In this document: positions 48,978 to 57,723 of the stretch, in pieces
How positions within the stretch are numbered: the first letter of the stretch is position 1
Layout of the letters: every line of letters starts with the position of its first letter
Origin: Candidatus Omnitrophota bacterium
Lineage (GTDB): Bacteria > Omnitrophota > Gorgyraeia > JAHJTE01
Length of the DNA stretch: 64,000 bases
Direction of reading: 5' to 3'
NCBI GenBank assembly: GCA_040753675.1
Contig: JBFMEB010000006.1
Location: forward strand, 4,561 to 68,560
Made by a program: the position numbers and the translations under genes
The notes under the pieces: generated by a model
Told to the model about the DNA's origin: nothing
The model's database searches: none
What the model saw: the letters and a program-made list of their open reading frames with translations, nothing else

Positions 48978-49343
48978 ATGGAATGGTTAAAAGAAAATAC
49001 GAATATCTGGATTGTAACTATGTTATTAATCGTTTGTTTTTTTTGGGCACTATCTTCGACAGTAGCCTTAAATAAATTAAAAAGAGAAATAGGAGATTTG
49101 AAGGGCTCAAAATTTTCTTTGGAAGAGCAATACGATTCGCTTTCAAAAGCCAAGCTTGAGTCTGATAGTAAGCTTGATGAACTTACAAAAACTCTTGAGC
49201 AGGAAAGAAAGATATACGCTGATACTTTGACTGAGCTCAATCAGGAAAAGTTAAACACAAAAGCGCTTAAAGCTGAGTTAGAAAAAACTGCAAGACTCAA
49301 TGAAGATTTACAAGCCCAGCTAAAGAAAGCTGGTGTAAAGTAG
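48978..49343 (+). CDS. Membrane-anchored coiled-coil protein, hypothetical
   Basis: One N-terminal TM, then heptad-rich sequence. Confidence 0.4.
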   Translation: MEWLKENTNIWIVTMLLIVCFFWALSSTVALNKLKREIGDLKGSKFSLEEQYDSLSKAKLESDSKLDELTKTLEQERKIYADTLTELNQEKLNTKALKAELEKTARLNEDLQAQLKKAGVK

Positions 49344-49376
49344 GTTTCCAAGACTCTTAATCTAGCCGTCAAATTC

Positions 49377-49403
49377 TGGGGGATATAAAATCCCCCATTT
49401 TGT
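49377..49403 (+). terminator. Rho-independent terminator (gggggat-ataaa-atccccc + ttttg)
   Basis: Read directly. Confidence 0.55.
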
Positions 49404-49415
49404 TAAGTGAGACCA

Positions 49416-49477
49416 CCCCGCCCTTTTGGTTAGGGCGGAATTGAAAAATAAAAATATATCTCGCCAAAAGGGCGGGG
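49416..49477. repeat. Inverted-repeat hairpin element (ccccgcccttttgg...ccaaaagggcgggg). Architectural analogue of the 10081-10200 element
   Basis: 14-bp perfect arms, 34-nt loop. Followed by the same ttaaattcg junction and the three-stem leader. Confidence 0.7.
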
Positions 49478-49485
49478 TTAAATTC

Positions 49486-49548
49486 GCAGACGACCTTACG
49501 GTCTACAGCTTACGTCGTTAACACTCCGTAAGTTGTCTGCTCATTTAA
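49486..49548 (+). ncRNA. Candidate structured 5' leader, copy B, upstream of uppS
   Basis: P1 gcagacgac/gttgtctgc. P2 gacc-ttac-ggtc. P3 agcttacg-(tcg...ctcc)-cgtaagtt. Then tcatttaaa-ATG. Every stem differs from copy A by compensatory changes. Confidence 0.5.
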
Positions 49549-49549
49549 A

Positions 49550-50275
49550 ATGAGTAGCAAATTAAATTTAGACCCAAAGACAATTCCTCAACATGTTGCC
49601 ATAATTATGGACGGCAATGGCCGCTGGGCTAAGAAGCAAGGTCTTCCTAGATCAGAAGGGCATAAAAAAGGCGTAGAGAGAGTTAGGGAAATTGTCGAAG
49701 AAGCAGCCAGGCTAAAAATAAAGGTACTTACCCTTTATGCCTTCTCAACTGAAAACTGGAAGAGGCCTAAGAAAGAAATTAATTTATTGATGAGGCTGTT
49801 AAAGGTTTTTTTAAACAAAGAAATAAAAAATTTTAATAAGAATAATATTCGTTTTGAATGCATTGGCAGGATTAGTCAATTGCCTGCTTCGGTAATAGAA
49901 TCATTAGAGCGGGTGAGACATATTACTAAAAATAATAACGGTTTGATTCTGAATTTGGCTCTTAATTACGGAAGCCGGCCTGAGATTATCGATGCGCTAA
50001 ACAATATAATCAAGGATTATTCCAGCGGCCGCTTAAATGAAAAAAATATCGATGAAAATATTTTTTCACAATATCTATACACTAAAAATCTTCCTGATCC
50101 GGATCTATTGATCCGCACCAGTGGCGAACAGAGAGTTAGCAATTTTTTGCTTTGGCAGATTTCTTATGCCGAATTATTTTTTTCTAAAAAACTTTGGCCA
50201 GATTTTAGTGCTGATGACTTTTTTGAAGCAATTCTTGAATATCAGAATAGAGCCAGAAGATTTGGGGGTATTTAG
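49550..50275 (+). CDS. uppS: Undecaprenyl diphosphate synthase
   Basis: HVAIIMDGNGRWAKK and ...FSTENW..., ...RTSGEQRVSNFLLWQ motifs. Confidence 0.9.
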   Translation: MSSKLNLDPKTIPQHVAIIMDGNGRWAKKQGLPRSEGHKKGVERVREIVEEAARLKIKVLTLYAFSTENWKRPKKEINLLMRLLKVFLNKEIKNFNKNNIRFECIGRISQLPASVIESLERVRHITKNNNGLILNLALNYGSRPEIIDALNNIIKDYSSGRLNEKNIDENIFSQYLYTKNLPDPDLLIRTSGEQRVSNFLLWQISYAELFFSKKLWPDFSADDFFEAILEYQNRARRFGGI

Positions 50276-50281
50276 TCGGCT

Positions 50282-51085
50282 ATGGAATTAAGGAAAAGAA
50301 TTTTAAGTTCGATTTTACTTATTAGCATAACTATTGCTGCTATCAAGATATCGTGGCTGTTTGGTATTGTTGCTACGGTTTTGATTGCGTTGGCCTTAAA
50401 CGAATTTTTTGCAATGGTTCAAAGCAACGACATCAAGGTGTTTCGTTATTTTGGAATTTTAATTGGGATAATTATACCCATATCCATATTTTTTAAGTTT
50501 GAATTAACCAGAAGCTGGGAGTTGTTCTTTATCATTTTATTATTTATTTGCCTTTTTCTCTTACAACTAAGCCGTAAGGACATAGCTGCTTCACTGGTGG
50601 CTATTTCTGTTACTATCTTTGGGATTCTTTATATTTCCTGGCTTTTTAGTTTTATTATAAAGTTACGCTTAATCTCGCCCTATGGCGAAAGCTTAGTGGG
50701 TATGCTCATCCTTACGGTTAAATCTGGAGATATTGGAGCTTATTTAGTGGGCTCGCGTTTTGGAAGACACCCGTTAATTGCGCGTATTAGCCCTAAAAAA
50801 ACAGTCGAAGGAACAATAGCTGGGTTCGTCTGCAATATGTTATTCTGTTTAGTTAGTAAAAGTTTTTTGCCGATATTTAGTTATGGACACCTGATTTTCC
50901 TTGGTTTATTTATGGGTGTGATGTCTTTATTTGGGGACTTGTCTGAATCTTTAATCAAACGCGATTGTAAGGTTAAAGACGCAGGTAGCCTATTTCCCGG
51001 CTTAGGCGGTGTCTTGGATGTTCTAGATAGCCTTCTTTTTACAACTCCGGCAATTTATTTTTATGTGAGCGTAATATTAAAGTGA
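50282..51085 (+). CDS. cdsA: Phosphatidate cytidylyltransferase
   Basis: SGDIGAYLVGSRFGRHPL...SPKKTVEGTIAG signature. Multi-TM. Confidence 0.85.
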   Translation: MELRKRILSSILLISITIAAIKISWLFGIVATVLIALALNEFFAMVQSNDIKVFRYFGILIGIIIPISIFFKFELTRSWELFFIILLFICLFLLQLSRKDIAASLVAISVTIFGILYISWLFSFIIKLRLISPYGESLVGMLILTVKSGDIGAYLVGSRFGRHPLIARISPKKTVEGTIAGFVCNMLFCLVSKSFLPIFSYGHLIFLGLFMGVMSLFGDLSESLIKRDCKVKDAGSLFPGLGGVLDVLDSLLFTTPAIYFYVSVILK

Positions 51086-51128
51086 GCAGACAATTTACGA
51101 AAAGCAGGATCTTTGAGTAAATTGTAGT

Positions 51129-51145
51129 CCCGACGATACGTCGGG
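51129..51145 (+). terminator. Hairpin cccgacg-ata-cgtcggg after cdsA. Weak terminator candidate
   Basis: 7-bp stem. No strong T-tract. Confidence 0.3.
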
Positions 51146-51153
51146 CGTCTGCG

Positions 51154-51275
51154 AACTTAACCCAGCACTTATTTTACTAAGAAAGCTGGATAATAAAATT
51201 AAGATTTTATTCGAAGAAAATTTATTTTATTTCACATTTAAGCCTGGCAGTAAAATAAGTGCTGGGTCAAATTCG
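51154..51275. repeat. ~120-bp MITE-like inverted-repeat element, copy B, near-identical to 10081-10200
   Basis: Same 18-bp arms and the same internal sequence, with 3-4 differences (caaatcaaag vs cacatttaag). Confidence 0.85.
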
Positions 51276-51320
51276 ACCAAACAATCCGTCACAAAACTTG
51301 GCGGATTGTGGTCTCATTTG

Positions 51321-52475
51321 ATGAAGAAAATAGCGATTTTAGGTTCAACCGGAAGTATTGGCAAAAGTGTGCTCTCAGTAATTGAACATTTTCCTGATGA
51401 TTTTTCTGTGGTAGGCTTAACCGCAGCAAGTAATATCAATCTTCTCGCAGCACAAATTAGAAAATTTAAGCCTAGGGTGGCTGCTTGTCTGCATAGGGAT
51501 TTAGGCAAAAAGCTTAAAAGTCAAGTTTCCAGTAAGACAAAGATTTTTTTTGGAGAAGAAAGCCTCAATTTAGTAGCCACCTTAAAAGAAGCTGACCTTA
51601 TCCTGATAGCCATAAGCGGCTTTAGCGCTTTGTATCCTCTACTGGCAGCTATCCAAGCAGGCAAACATATTGCACTGGCTAATAAAGAGGCATTGGTAAG
51701 CGCAGGTTCGTTAATTAGTAAGGAAATTATCAAGCACAAAACCACTTTGATTCCCATTGACAGCGAGCAATGTGCGATTTTTCAGTGCTTAGCAAAAGAG
51801 CCAGCTAAAAAGTTCGTTAAAACTATATACCTTACGGCCAGCGGCGGCCCGCTTTATTTCAAGAAAGATAGAAATTTTAATAAGATAAGCAAGGAAGAAG
51901 TGCTAAGGCATCCCCGTTGGTCCATGGGGAAAAAGATAACCGTTGATTCAGCTACTTTAATGAACAAAGGCCTGGAAGTTATTGAGGCAAAATGGTTATT
52001 CGCAATAAACCCAGATCAAATAAAAGTTTTAATACATCCTCAGGCGATAGTGCATTCAATGGTAGAATTTATTGACGGTTCAATTTTGGCTCAGCTATCT
52101 ATCACCGACATGAAGTTACCAATACAATTTGCTTTAAGCTACCCAAATAGAATTAGTTCGCCTTTTGCCTCTTTGGATTTTAGAAAGTTTGGAACTTTAA
52201 ATTTCTTTGAGCCGGATAATAAACGTTTTCCCTGTCTTTCTTTAGCATATCGAGCGCTTAAGTCTAAGCCGAGCGCGACCACAGTGTTAAACGCAGCCAA
52301 TGAAGAGGCAGTAACTGCATTTTTGACCAATAGGCTGAAATTTTCCGATATTGCAAAGGTCGTAGAAGAGACTTTAGGCAGACACAAACCAATTGATTAT
52401 TTGAGTTTAAAAAATATCGTTGAGATAGATTTTTGGGCGCGCGCAAAATCTAAAGAATTTATAGAAAGGATCTAA
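51321..52475 (+). CDS. dxr: 1-deoxy-D-xylulose 5-phosphate reductoisomerase. ATG 51321; the ORF-track TTG 51306 is less likely
   Basis: MKKIAILGSTGSIGKSVL NADPH-binding N-terminus. LANKE and NKGLE motifs. Confidence 0.9.
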   Translation: MKKIAILGSTGSIGKSVLSVIEHFPDDFSVVGLTAASNINLLAAQIRKFKPRVAACLHRDLGKKLKSQVSSKTKIFFGEESLNLVATLKEADLILIAISGFSALYPLLAAIQAGKHIALANKEALVSAGSLISKEIIKHKTTLIPIDSEQCAIFQCLAKEPAKKFVKTIYLTASGGPLYFKKDRNFNKISKEEVLRHPRWSMGKKITVDSATLMNKGLEVIEAKWLFAINPDQIKVLIHPQAIVHSMVEFIDGSILAQLSITDMKLPIQFALSYPNRISSPFASLDFRKFGTLNFFEPDNKRFPCLSLAYRALKSKPSATTVLNAANEEAVTAFLTNRLKFSDIAKVVEETLGRHKPIDYLSLKNIVEIDFWARAKSKEFIERI

Positions 52476-52478
52476 AAT

Positions 52479-53558
52479 ATGCTTATTTTTCTTGCGGTAT
52501 TAAGTGTGTTAATTCTTATTCATGAATTTGGACATTTTATAGTGGCTCGGCGGTTAGGTATTCGCGTAGAAAGATTTTCTTTAGGTTTTGGTCCAAAATT
52601 GTTCGGTATAAAAGGTAAAGAGACAGAATATGTAATTTGTGCTGTTCCTATCGGTGGATACGTAAAAATGGCAGGCGATAGCCGACAAACAGTTAGAGGA
52701 GAAAAAGATGAATTTCTTTCTCGTCCTGTAGGCCAAAGAGCAAGTATAGTTATTATGGGGCCGATTTTTAATTATATATTATCCTTTTTTTGTTTTTGGG
52801 CTGTTTTCTTTATCGGGTTTCCAGTTTTAACCTCTAAGGTGGGGAGTCTAATTGAAAATATGCCAGCAAAAGAAGCAGGCGTAAAAGTAGGCGATAGAAT
52901 TATTTCCGTGGACGCTACAGCGACTTCTTATTGGGAGGATGTTGCTACAATAATACATGAAAAAAAAGAGGGCGAAATAGTTAACTTGAAAATAGAAAGA
53001 GATAATAAGCAAATAGATATGCGCATAGCACCTGAATTTAAAAAGACAAAAAATTTATTAGGCGAAGAAGTGACTGTTGCCATCATTGGGATAGCTCCAT
53101 CAGAAGAAGCAGTTGAAGTACGATATGGTCTATTAGAATCATTAAAGCTGGGAGCAACGCGATTGATAGATATAACTAGTCTTACCTTTCAGGCTTTGGG
53201 GAGAATGGTTATCGGCGGCCTATCTTTAAGAGAATCAGTAACTGGTCCCTTAGGGATATTTTTTGCTACCACCAGGGCATCTAAATACGGCCTAACTGCA
53301 CTTTTACATCTAGTGGCGGTTTTGGGAGTAAGTTTAGGAGTATTTAATATTCTTCCTGTTCCTTTATTAGACGGAGGCCATCTATTTTTCTTAGCTATTG
53401 AGCGCATAAGAAAAAAACCTTTATCTCTAAAGTTAGAGGAATTACTGAATAAGATAAGCATGTCTTTTTTGCTTTTGCTTGTCTTAGTGGTTTTTTATAA
53501 CGATTTAATCAGATATAGGATATTTGAAAAGATACTAAAATTCTTTTCCTCTTTATAA
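52479..53558 (+). CDS. rseP: RIP zinc metalloprotease RseP (site-2 protease)
   Basis: HEFGHF zinc motif, PDZ domain, C-terminal LDGG motif. Confidence 0.85.
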   Translation: MLIFLAVLSVLILIHEFGHFIVARRLGIRVERFSLGFGPKLFGIKGKETEYVICAVPIGGYVKMAGDSRQTVRGEKDEFLSRPVGQRASIVIMGPIFNYILSFFCFWAVFFIGFPVLTSKVGSLIENMPAKEAGVKVGDRIISVDATATSYWEDVATIIHEKKEGEIVNLKIERDNKQIDMRIAPEFKKTKNLLGEEVTVAIIGIAPSEEAVEVRYGLLESLKLGATRLIDITSLTFQALGRMVIGGLSLRESVTGPLGIFFATTRASKYGLTALLHLVAVLGVSLGVFNILPVPLLDGGHLFFLAIERIRKKPLSLKLEELLNKISMSFLLLLVLVVFYNDLIRYRIFEKILKFFSSL

Positions 53559-53561
53559 CAT

Positions 53562-54629
53562 ATGATAAAAAGACGTAAGACCAGATTAATTATGGTTGGC
53601 AATGTTGCTATTGGTTCGGCCAGGAAAATAATTATTCAATCAATGGCAAAGACCGATACTGCTGATATTGCCACGACTATAAAACAGATACGGGAAGTAG
53701 AGAAAGTTAAAGGCGAGCTAATACGCGTTGCAGTAAAGGACCAAAGCAGTGCAAAGGCAATTGGCGAAATCAAGAGCGCAATAGGTATTCCACTTATTGC
53801 TGATATACATTTTGACTATAGGCTCGCTTTAACGGCAATTGCCTCAGGGGTAGATAAGATTCGCCTAAATCCGGGAAATATCTACAAAGAAAAAGAGGTA
53901 GCCAGCATAGCAGCCGCTGCCAAAGAAAGAAATATCCCTATTCGGGTAGGCGTGAATTCCGGCTCGCTACGCAAAGAAAGCTCAGTAACAGTTAATTCCT
54001 TGGTTAGTTCTGCCTTAGCGTATATTAAATTGTTAGAAAAATACCGTTTCTATGATATTGTTGTATCTTTGAAATCCTCAGACATTTTTCAAACCGTGCA
54101 AGCGAACAAAAAAATTGCCTCGATAATTGATTATCCTTTGCATTTGGGAGTTACCGCAACTGGTTTTGCAGATATCGGGTTTGTAAAATCTGCTATTTGT
54201 TTAGGTATGTTGCTTAGCGATGGAATCGGTGATACAATTAGAGTATCTTTGACCGCCCATCCTTGTGAAGAGGTAATAGCAGCTAAAAAGATTCTGGCTG
54301 CTTTAGATATAAATAATCCTATTGAATTAATCGCCTGTCCGACTTGCGGCCGATGCCAGGTGGACTTAACTGGCATGGTAAGCGATTTAGAGGTGGTTAT
54401 TAAACATCTTGATTTAAACAAGTTGGCAGCAGGCCCCTTGAAGGTCGCCATAATGGGTTGTGTAGTAAATGGCCCGGGCGAAGCCAGATGGGCTGATTTA
54501 GGCTTGGCTTTTGGTAAAGATTACGGTCTTTTTTTTAAAAAAGGCAAACCAATAAAGAAGGTTAATCAAAAACAAGCTGTTAGGTTTTTAATCACTGAGA
54601 TTAGAAAGACATTAAAGCCAACACACTAG
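53562..54629 (+). CDS. ispG: 4-hydroxy-3-methylbut-2-en-1-yl diphosphate synthase
   Basis: TIM-barrel N-terminal domain. Three-Cys 4Fe-4S motif CPTCGRC...GCVVNGPGE. Confidence 0.9.
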   Translation: MIKRRKTRLIMVGNVAIGSARKIIIQSMAKTDTADIATTIKQIREVEKVKGELIRVAVKDQSSAKAIGEIKSAIGIPLIADIHFDYRLALTAIASGVDKIRLNPGNIYKEKEVASIAAAAKERNIPIRVGVNSGSLRKESSVTVNSLVSSALAYIKLLEKYRFYDIVVSLKSSDIFQTVQANKKIASIIDYPLHLGVTATGFADIGFVKSAICLGMLLSDGIGDTIRVSLTAHPCEEVIAAKKILAALDINNPIELIACPTCGRCQVDLTGMVSDLEVVIKHLDLNKLAAGPLKVAIMGCVVNGPGEARWADLGLAFGKDYGLFFKKGKPIKKVNQKQAVRFLITEIRKTLKPTH

Positions 54630-54638
54630 GAGGATTAG

Positions 54639-55898
54639 ATGCTTGAACAACTCAGGGCAAGAATAAGGAAATCACTGCTTGCACATAAAGATCTTCTCCT
54701 TAAGAAGGATGAGCTAAAAAGAGAACAGTTAAAGAAAACTATTGATTCGATTATTAAAGAAGCAGCCAGTCGTGAGAGAGTAGACTTAGATGAGGCAGCA
54801 CATAATAGGTTATTAGAGGAAGTTCTCAATGAATTAATTAGCTTAGGTCCTTTACAGGATTTAATGGATGATGATACTGTTACTGAGATAATGGTTAACG
54901 GCCCAGACAAAGTATATGCGGAAAAAAACGGCTCTATGATTTTAACCGATGTCAAATTTCGCGATGAGGCACATTTAATGCACACAATTGAGAAATTGAT
55001 TGCCCCTTCTGGCAGACGAGTAGACGAATCAAGCCCCTTTGTTGACTTTTCATTTGTTGACGGCTCTCGGATAAATATCATAATTCCTCCAGTTTCTTTA
55101 GTGGGACCGGTTATAACTATCCGTAAATTTTCACCTGAAATTGCAAAGGTCGAAGATCTCCTACGTTTAAACACTTTAGATAAGCGTATGTCAGATTTTT
55201 TGGTAGCCACTATCAAAGCCAAGGCAAATTTAGTATTTTCCGGCGCAACCGGAGTTGGAAAGACCACAACGTTAAATGTATTATCTTCATATATCTCTAA
55301 TCAAGAACGCATAGTCAGCATTGAGGATACGGCAGAGTTACGGCTTAAGCAGGAACATGTGGTACGTTTAGAAAGCCGGCCACCCAATATAGAAGGTAAA
55401 GGCGATATCCAGATTCGTGACCTGTTTAGGAATTCCTTGAGGATGCGTCCGGACCGAATAATCTTAGGAGAGATCAGAGCTTCGGAAGCCTTAGACTTAA
55501 TCCAGGCAATTTCCAGCGGCCATTCTGGATCTTTAGCAGTAATTCACGCCAGCTCTCCTTCAGATTGCCTCTACAGGATGGAGATGATGATCTTAATGAG
55601 TGGGATATCCTTGCCTTCGTGGGTAATTAGGAAAAACATTGCAAATGCAATTGATATAATTGTGCAGATGGCACAATTTGACGATGGCAGTAGAAAAATC
55701 ACCGCAATCACCGAGGTGCATGATATTGAAGGCAGAGAAGATATTGAGTTGGTAGATTTGTTTATTTTTGACCATCAAGGATACGATGACAAAGGAAGGG
55801 TCTTAGGCTCGTTTAAGGCATGCGGCAACATGCCTGAGATTTATGAAAAGCTCAAGTTACTAAAAATAAATTTAGACCCTAATATTTTTAAGGAATAA
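54639..55898 (+). CDS. CpaF/TadA-type secretion ATPase (Tad/Flp pilus or T2/T4SS ATPase family)
   Basis: IMVNGPDKVY, Walker A GATGVGKTTTLN, IVSIEDTAEL, RPDRIILGEIR, GHSGSLAVIHASS motifs. Confidence 0.85.
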   Translation: MLEQLRARIRKSLLAHKDLLLKKDELKREQLKKTIDSIIKEAASRERVDLDEAAHNRLLEEVLNELISLGPLQDLMDDDTVTEIMVNGPDKVYAEKNGSMILTDVKFRDEAHLMHTIEKLIAPSGRRVDESSPFVDFSFVDGSRINIIIPPVSLVGPVITIRKFSPEIAKVEDLLRLNTLDKRMSDFLVATIKAKANLVFSGATGVGKTTTLNVLSSYISNQERIVSIEDTAELRLKQEHVVRLESRPPNIEGKGDIQIRDLFRNSLRMRPDRIILGEIRASEALDLIQAISSGHSGSLAVIHASSPSDCLYRMEMMILMSGISLPSWVIRKNIANAIDIIVQMAQFDDGSRKITAITEVHDIEGREDIELVDLFIFDHQGYDDKGRVLGSFKACGNMPEIYEKLKLLKINLDPNIFKE

Positions 55899-57148
55899 TG
55901 ATGCGGTTTTCAAATGCCTTTATCCCTACTCTAAAAGAGTCTTCCCAAGAGACAGATTCAATAAGCCATGCCCTGATGTTACGCGCTGGCCTTATTCGCA
56001 TGCTTACTTCTGGAGTATATATTTATTTACCGCTGGGTTGGAGGGTATTAAAAAAAATACAGGATGTTATCCGCAGCGAATTAGACAAGGTAGGGGCTCA
56101 GGAGTTATTGTTGCCTGCATTACAACCTTTAGAGCTGTGGAAGCTAACTGGCAGAGATAAGGATTTAGGCCAGACGCTCATTTGCTTTACTGATAGAAAG
56201 AACAGAAAATTATGCTTAGGTCCGACTCATGAAGAGGTTATTACTGATTTAGTTAAAAATAATATCTCTTCTTACCGGCAAATGCCTTTGATTCTGTATC
56301 AAATACAGACTAAATTCCGTGATGAGCTGCGTCCTCGGGGCGGATTGATGCGTAGCTGTGAATTTATTATGAAAGATGCATATAGCTTTGATATTGACGA
56401 AGCAAGTTTAGATAAAAATTATCAGCTGATGTGCGATTGTTATAATAAAATATTCAGCCTTTTGGGGCTTAATTCAGTAAGGTTAGAAGCTGACCCTGGA
56501 GTTATCGGCGGCAGCGAGTCTCATGAATTTATGGTATTTTCAGAAAACGGTGAGGATAAATTGCACTATTGCCCATCTTGCAAAAAAACCTTCAGCTTTA
56601 AAGAAGGGCAGAGTTCATGTCTTAAATGTAAGAAAGATTTAATCCTTAAGAACGCCATTGAACTTGCGCATACCTTTAAACTAGGGATGAAATATTCAAA
56701 GGTTCAGTCAGCCACATTTTTAAATGAAAAAGGAAAACGCCAGCCCGTTATCATGGGCTGTTATGGTATCGGAGTAAGCAGGCTGCTGCCAGCGATAATT
56801 GACCAGCATCATGATGAAAAAGGCATAATCTGGCCAAAAGAAGTCTCCCCATTTGATGTAGGTATAGCCGTAGTTGAATTCTCAAAACCAAAAGCATTAG
56901 AATTAGCAGATAAATTGTCTTCTCGCATTGAGTCATTGGGTAAATCTGTTCTTCTGGATGACCGTGATATTCGCGCAGGAGTAAAATTTAATGACCTTGA
57001 TTTAATCGGTATTCCTTTAAGGATTATTATTGGCAAGCATTGGCTGGAAAACGGAGATTTGGAAATAATCTTTAGAAAAGATAAATCAAAAACAATTAAG
57101 ATAAAAGAACAAGAAGTAGAAGAAAAAATAAAGACCTTACTATCATGA
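55898..57148 (+). CDS. proS: Prolyl-tRNA synthetase, short form without the INS editing domain
   Basis: The N-terminus MRFSNAFIPTLKE...SHALMLRAGLIRM matches bacterial ProRS. Class II motifs 2 and 3 (FRDELRPRGGLMRSCEF; GCYGIGVSRLL). Only 416 aa. Contains a CxxC...CxxC insert. Confidence 0.85.
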   Translation: MMRFSNAFIPTLKESSQETDSISHALMLRAGLIRMLTSGVYIYLPLGWRVLKKIQDVIRSELDKVGAQELLLPALQPLELWKLTGRDKDLGQTLICFTDRKNRKLCLGPTHEEVITDLVKNNISSYRQMPLILYQIQTKFRDELRPRGGLMRSCEFIMKDAYSFDIDEASLDKNYQLMCDCYNKIFSLLGLNSVRLEADPGVIGGSESHEFMVFSENGEDKLHYCPSCKKTFSFKEGQSSCLKCKKDLILKNAIELAHTFKLGMKYSKVQSATFLNEKGKRQPVIMGCYGIGVSRLLPAIIDQHHDEKGIIWPKEVSPFDVGIAVVEFSKPKALELADKLSSRIESLGKSVLLDDRDIRAGVKFNDLDLIGIPLRIIIGKHWLENGDLEIIFRKDKSKTIKIKEQEVEEKIKTLLS

Positions 57149-57597
57149 TACAATTGCCTCAAGATTTAACCAAAAAAATAGAAGACTTGATTACACAAGC
57201 TGGCTTTATAATCTTTGATTTTAGAATACTTACTTGCGGACGGACTAAGACCTTAAAGATTTTGATTGATGCTCCAAACGGAGGAATCGGCCTTAATGAA
57301 TGCACCCAGATTAATCGCCAATTGAGCGAGTTGCTTGAAAAAGAAGACTTTTTTAAAGACAGGTATATTGTTGAAGTTTCTTCTCCAGGGGTGGATTGGC
57401 CGCTTAAAGAAAGAAAAGATTTTCAGCGTGTACTCTCCCGGTTGATTCATCTGTATTTTAAAGAGCAATTTGCACAAAAAACAGAATTAATCGGGATTTT
57501 AGAAGAAGTAAAAGATGATTCGTTAATTTTGAGCGTTGAAGGCAAAAGCATAGAGATAAAACTTAATATCATTAGTAAGGCAAGAGAGGAAATGTAA
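57145..57597 (+). CDS. rimP: Ribosome maturation factor RimP
   Basis: ...RYIVEVSSPGVDWPLK... core. The canonical rimP-nusA-infB order is preserved. Confidence 0.8.
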   Translation: MIQLPQDLTKKIEDLITQAGFIIFDFRILTCGRTKTLKILIDAPNGGIGLNECTQINRQLSELLEKEDFFKDRYIVEVSSPGVDWPLKERKDFQRVLSRLIHLYFKEQFAQKTELIGILEEVKDDSLILSVEGKSIEIKLNIISKAREEM

Positions 57598-57599
57598 CC

Positions 57600-57670
57600 G
57601 CAAAGGCGCAAAAGAAAGCAAAAAATACCGCAAAGGCACAAAAGAAAATCTTTGCGGTATTTAGCGGTAT
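57600..57670 (+). promoter_or_regulatory. Direct repeat (ccgcaaaggc[ga]caaaagaaa x2) plus an 11-bp hairpin ataccgcaaag...ctttgcggtat in the rimP-nusA spacer
   Basis: Read directly. Possible attenuator or processing site in the nusA leader. Confidence 0.35.
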
Positions 57671-57723
57671 CAGGAATTTTAGAAGGATTTTTGCGTTTTA
57701 GCGATAAAAAAGGTGAAGATAAA

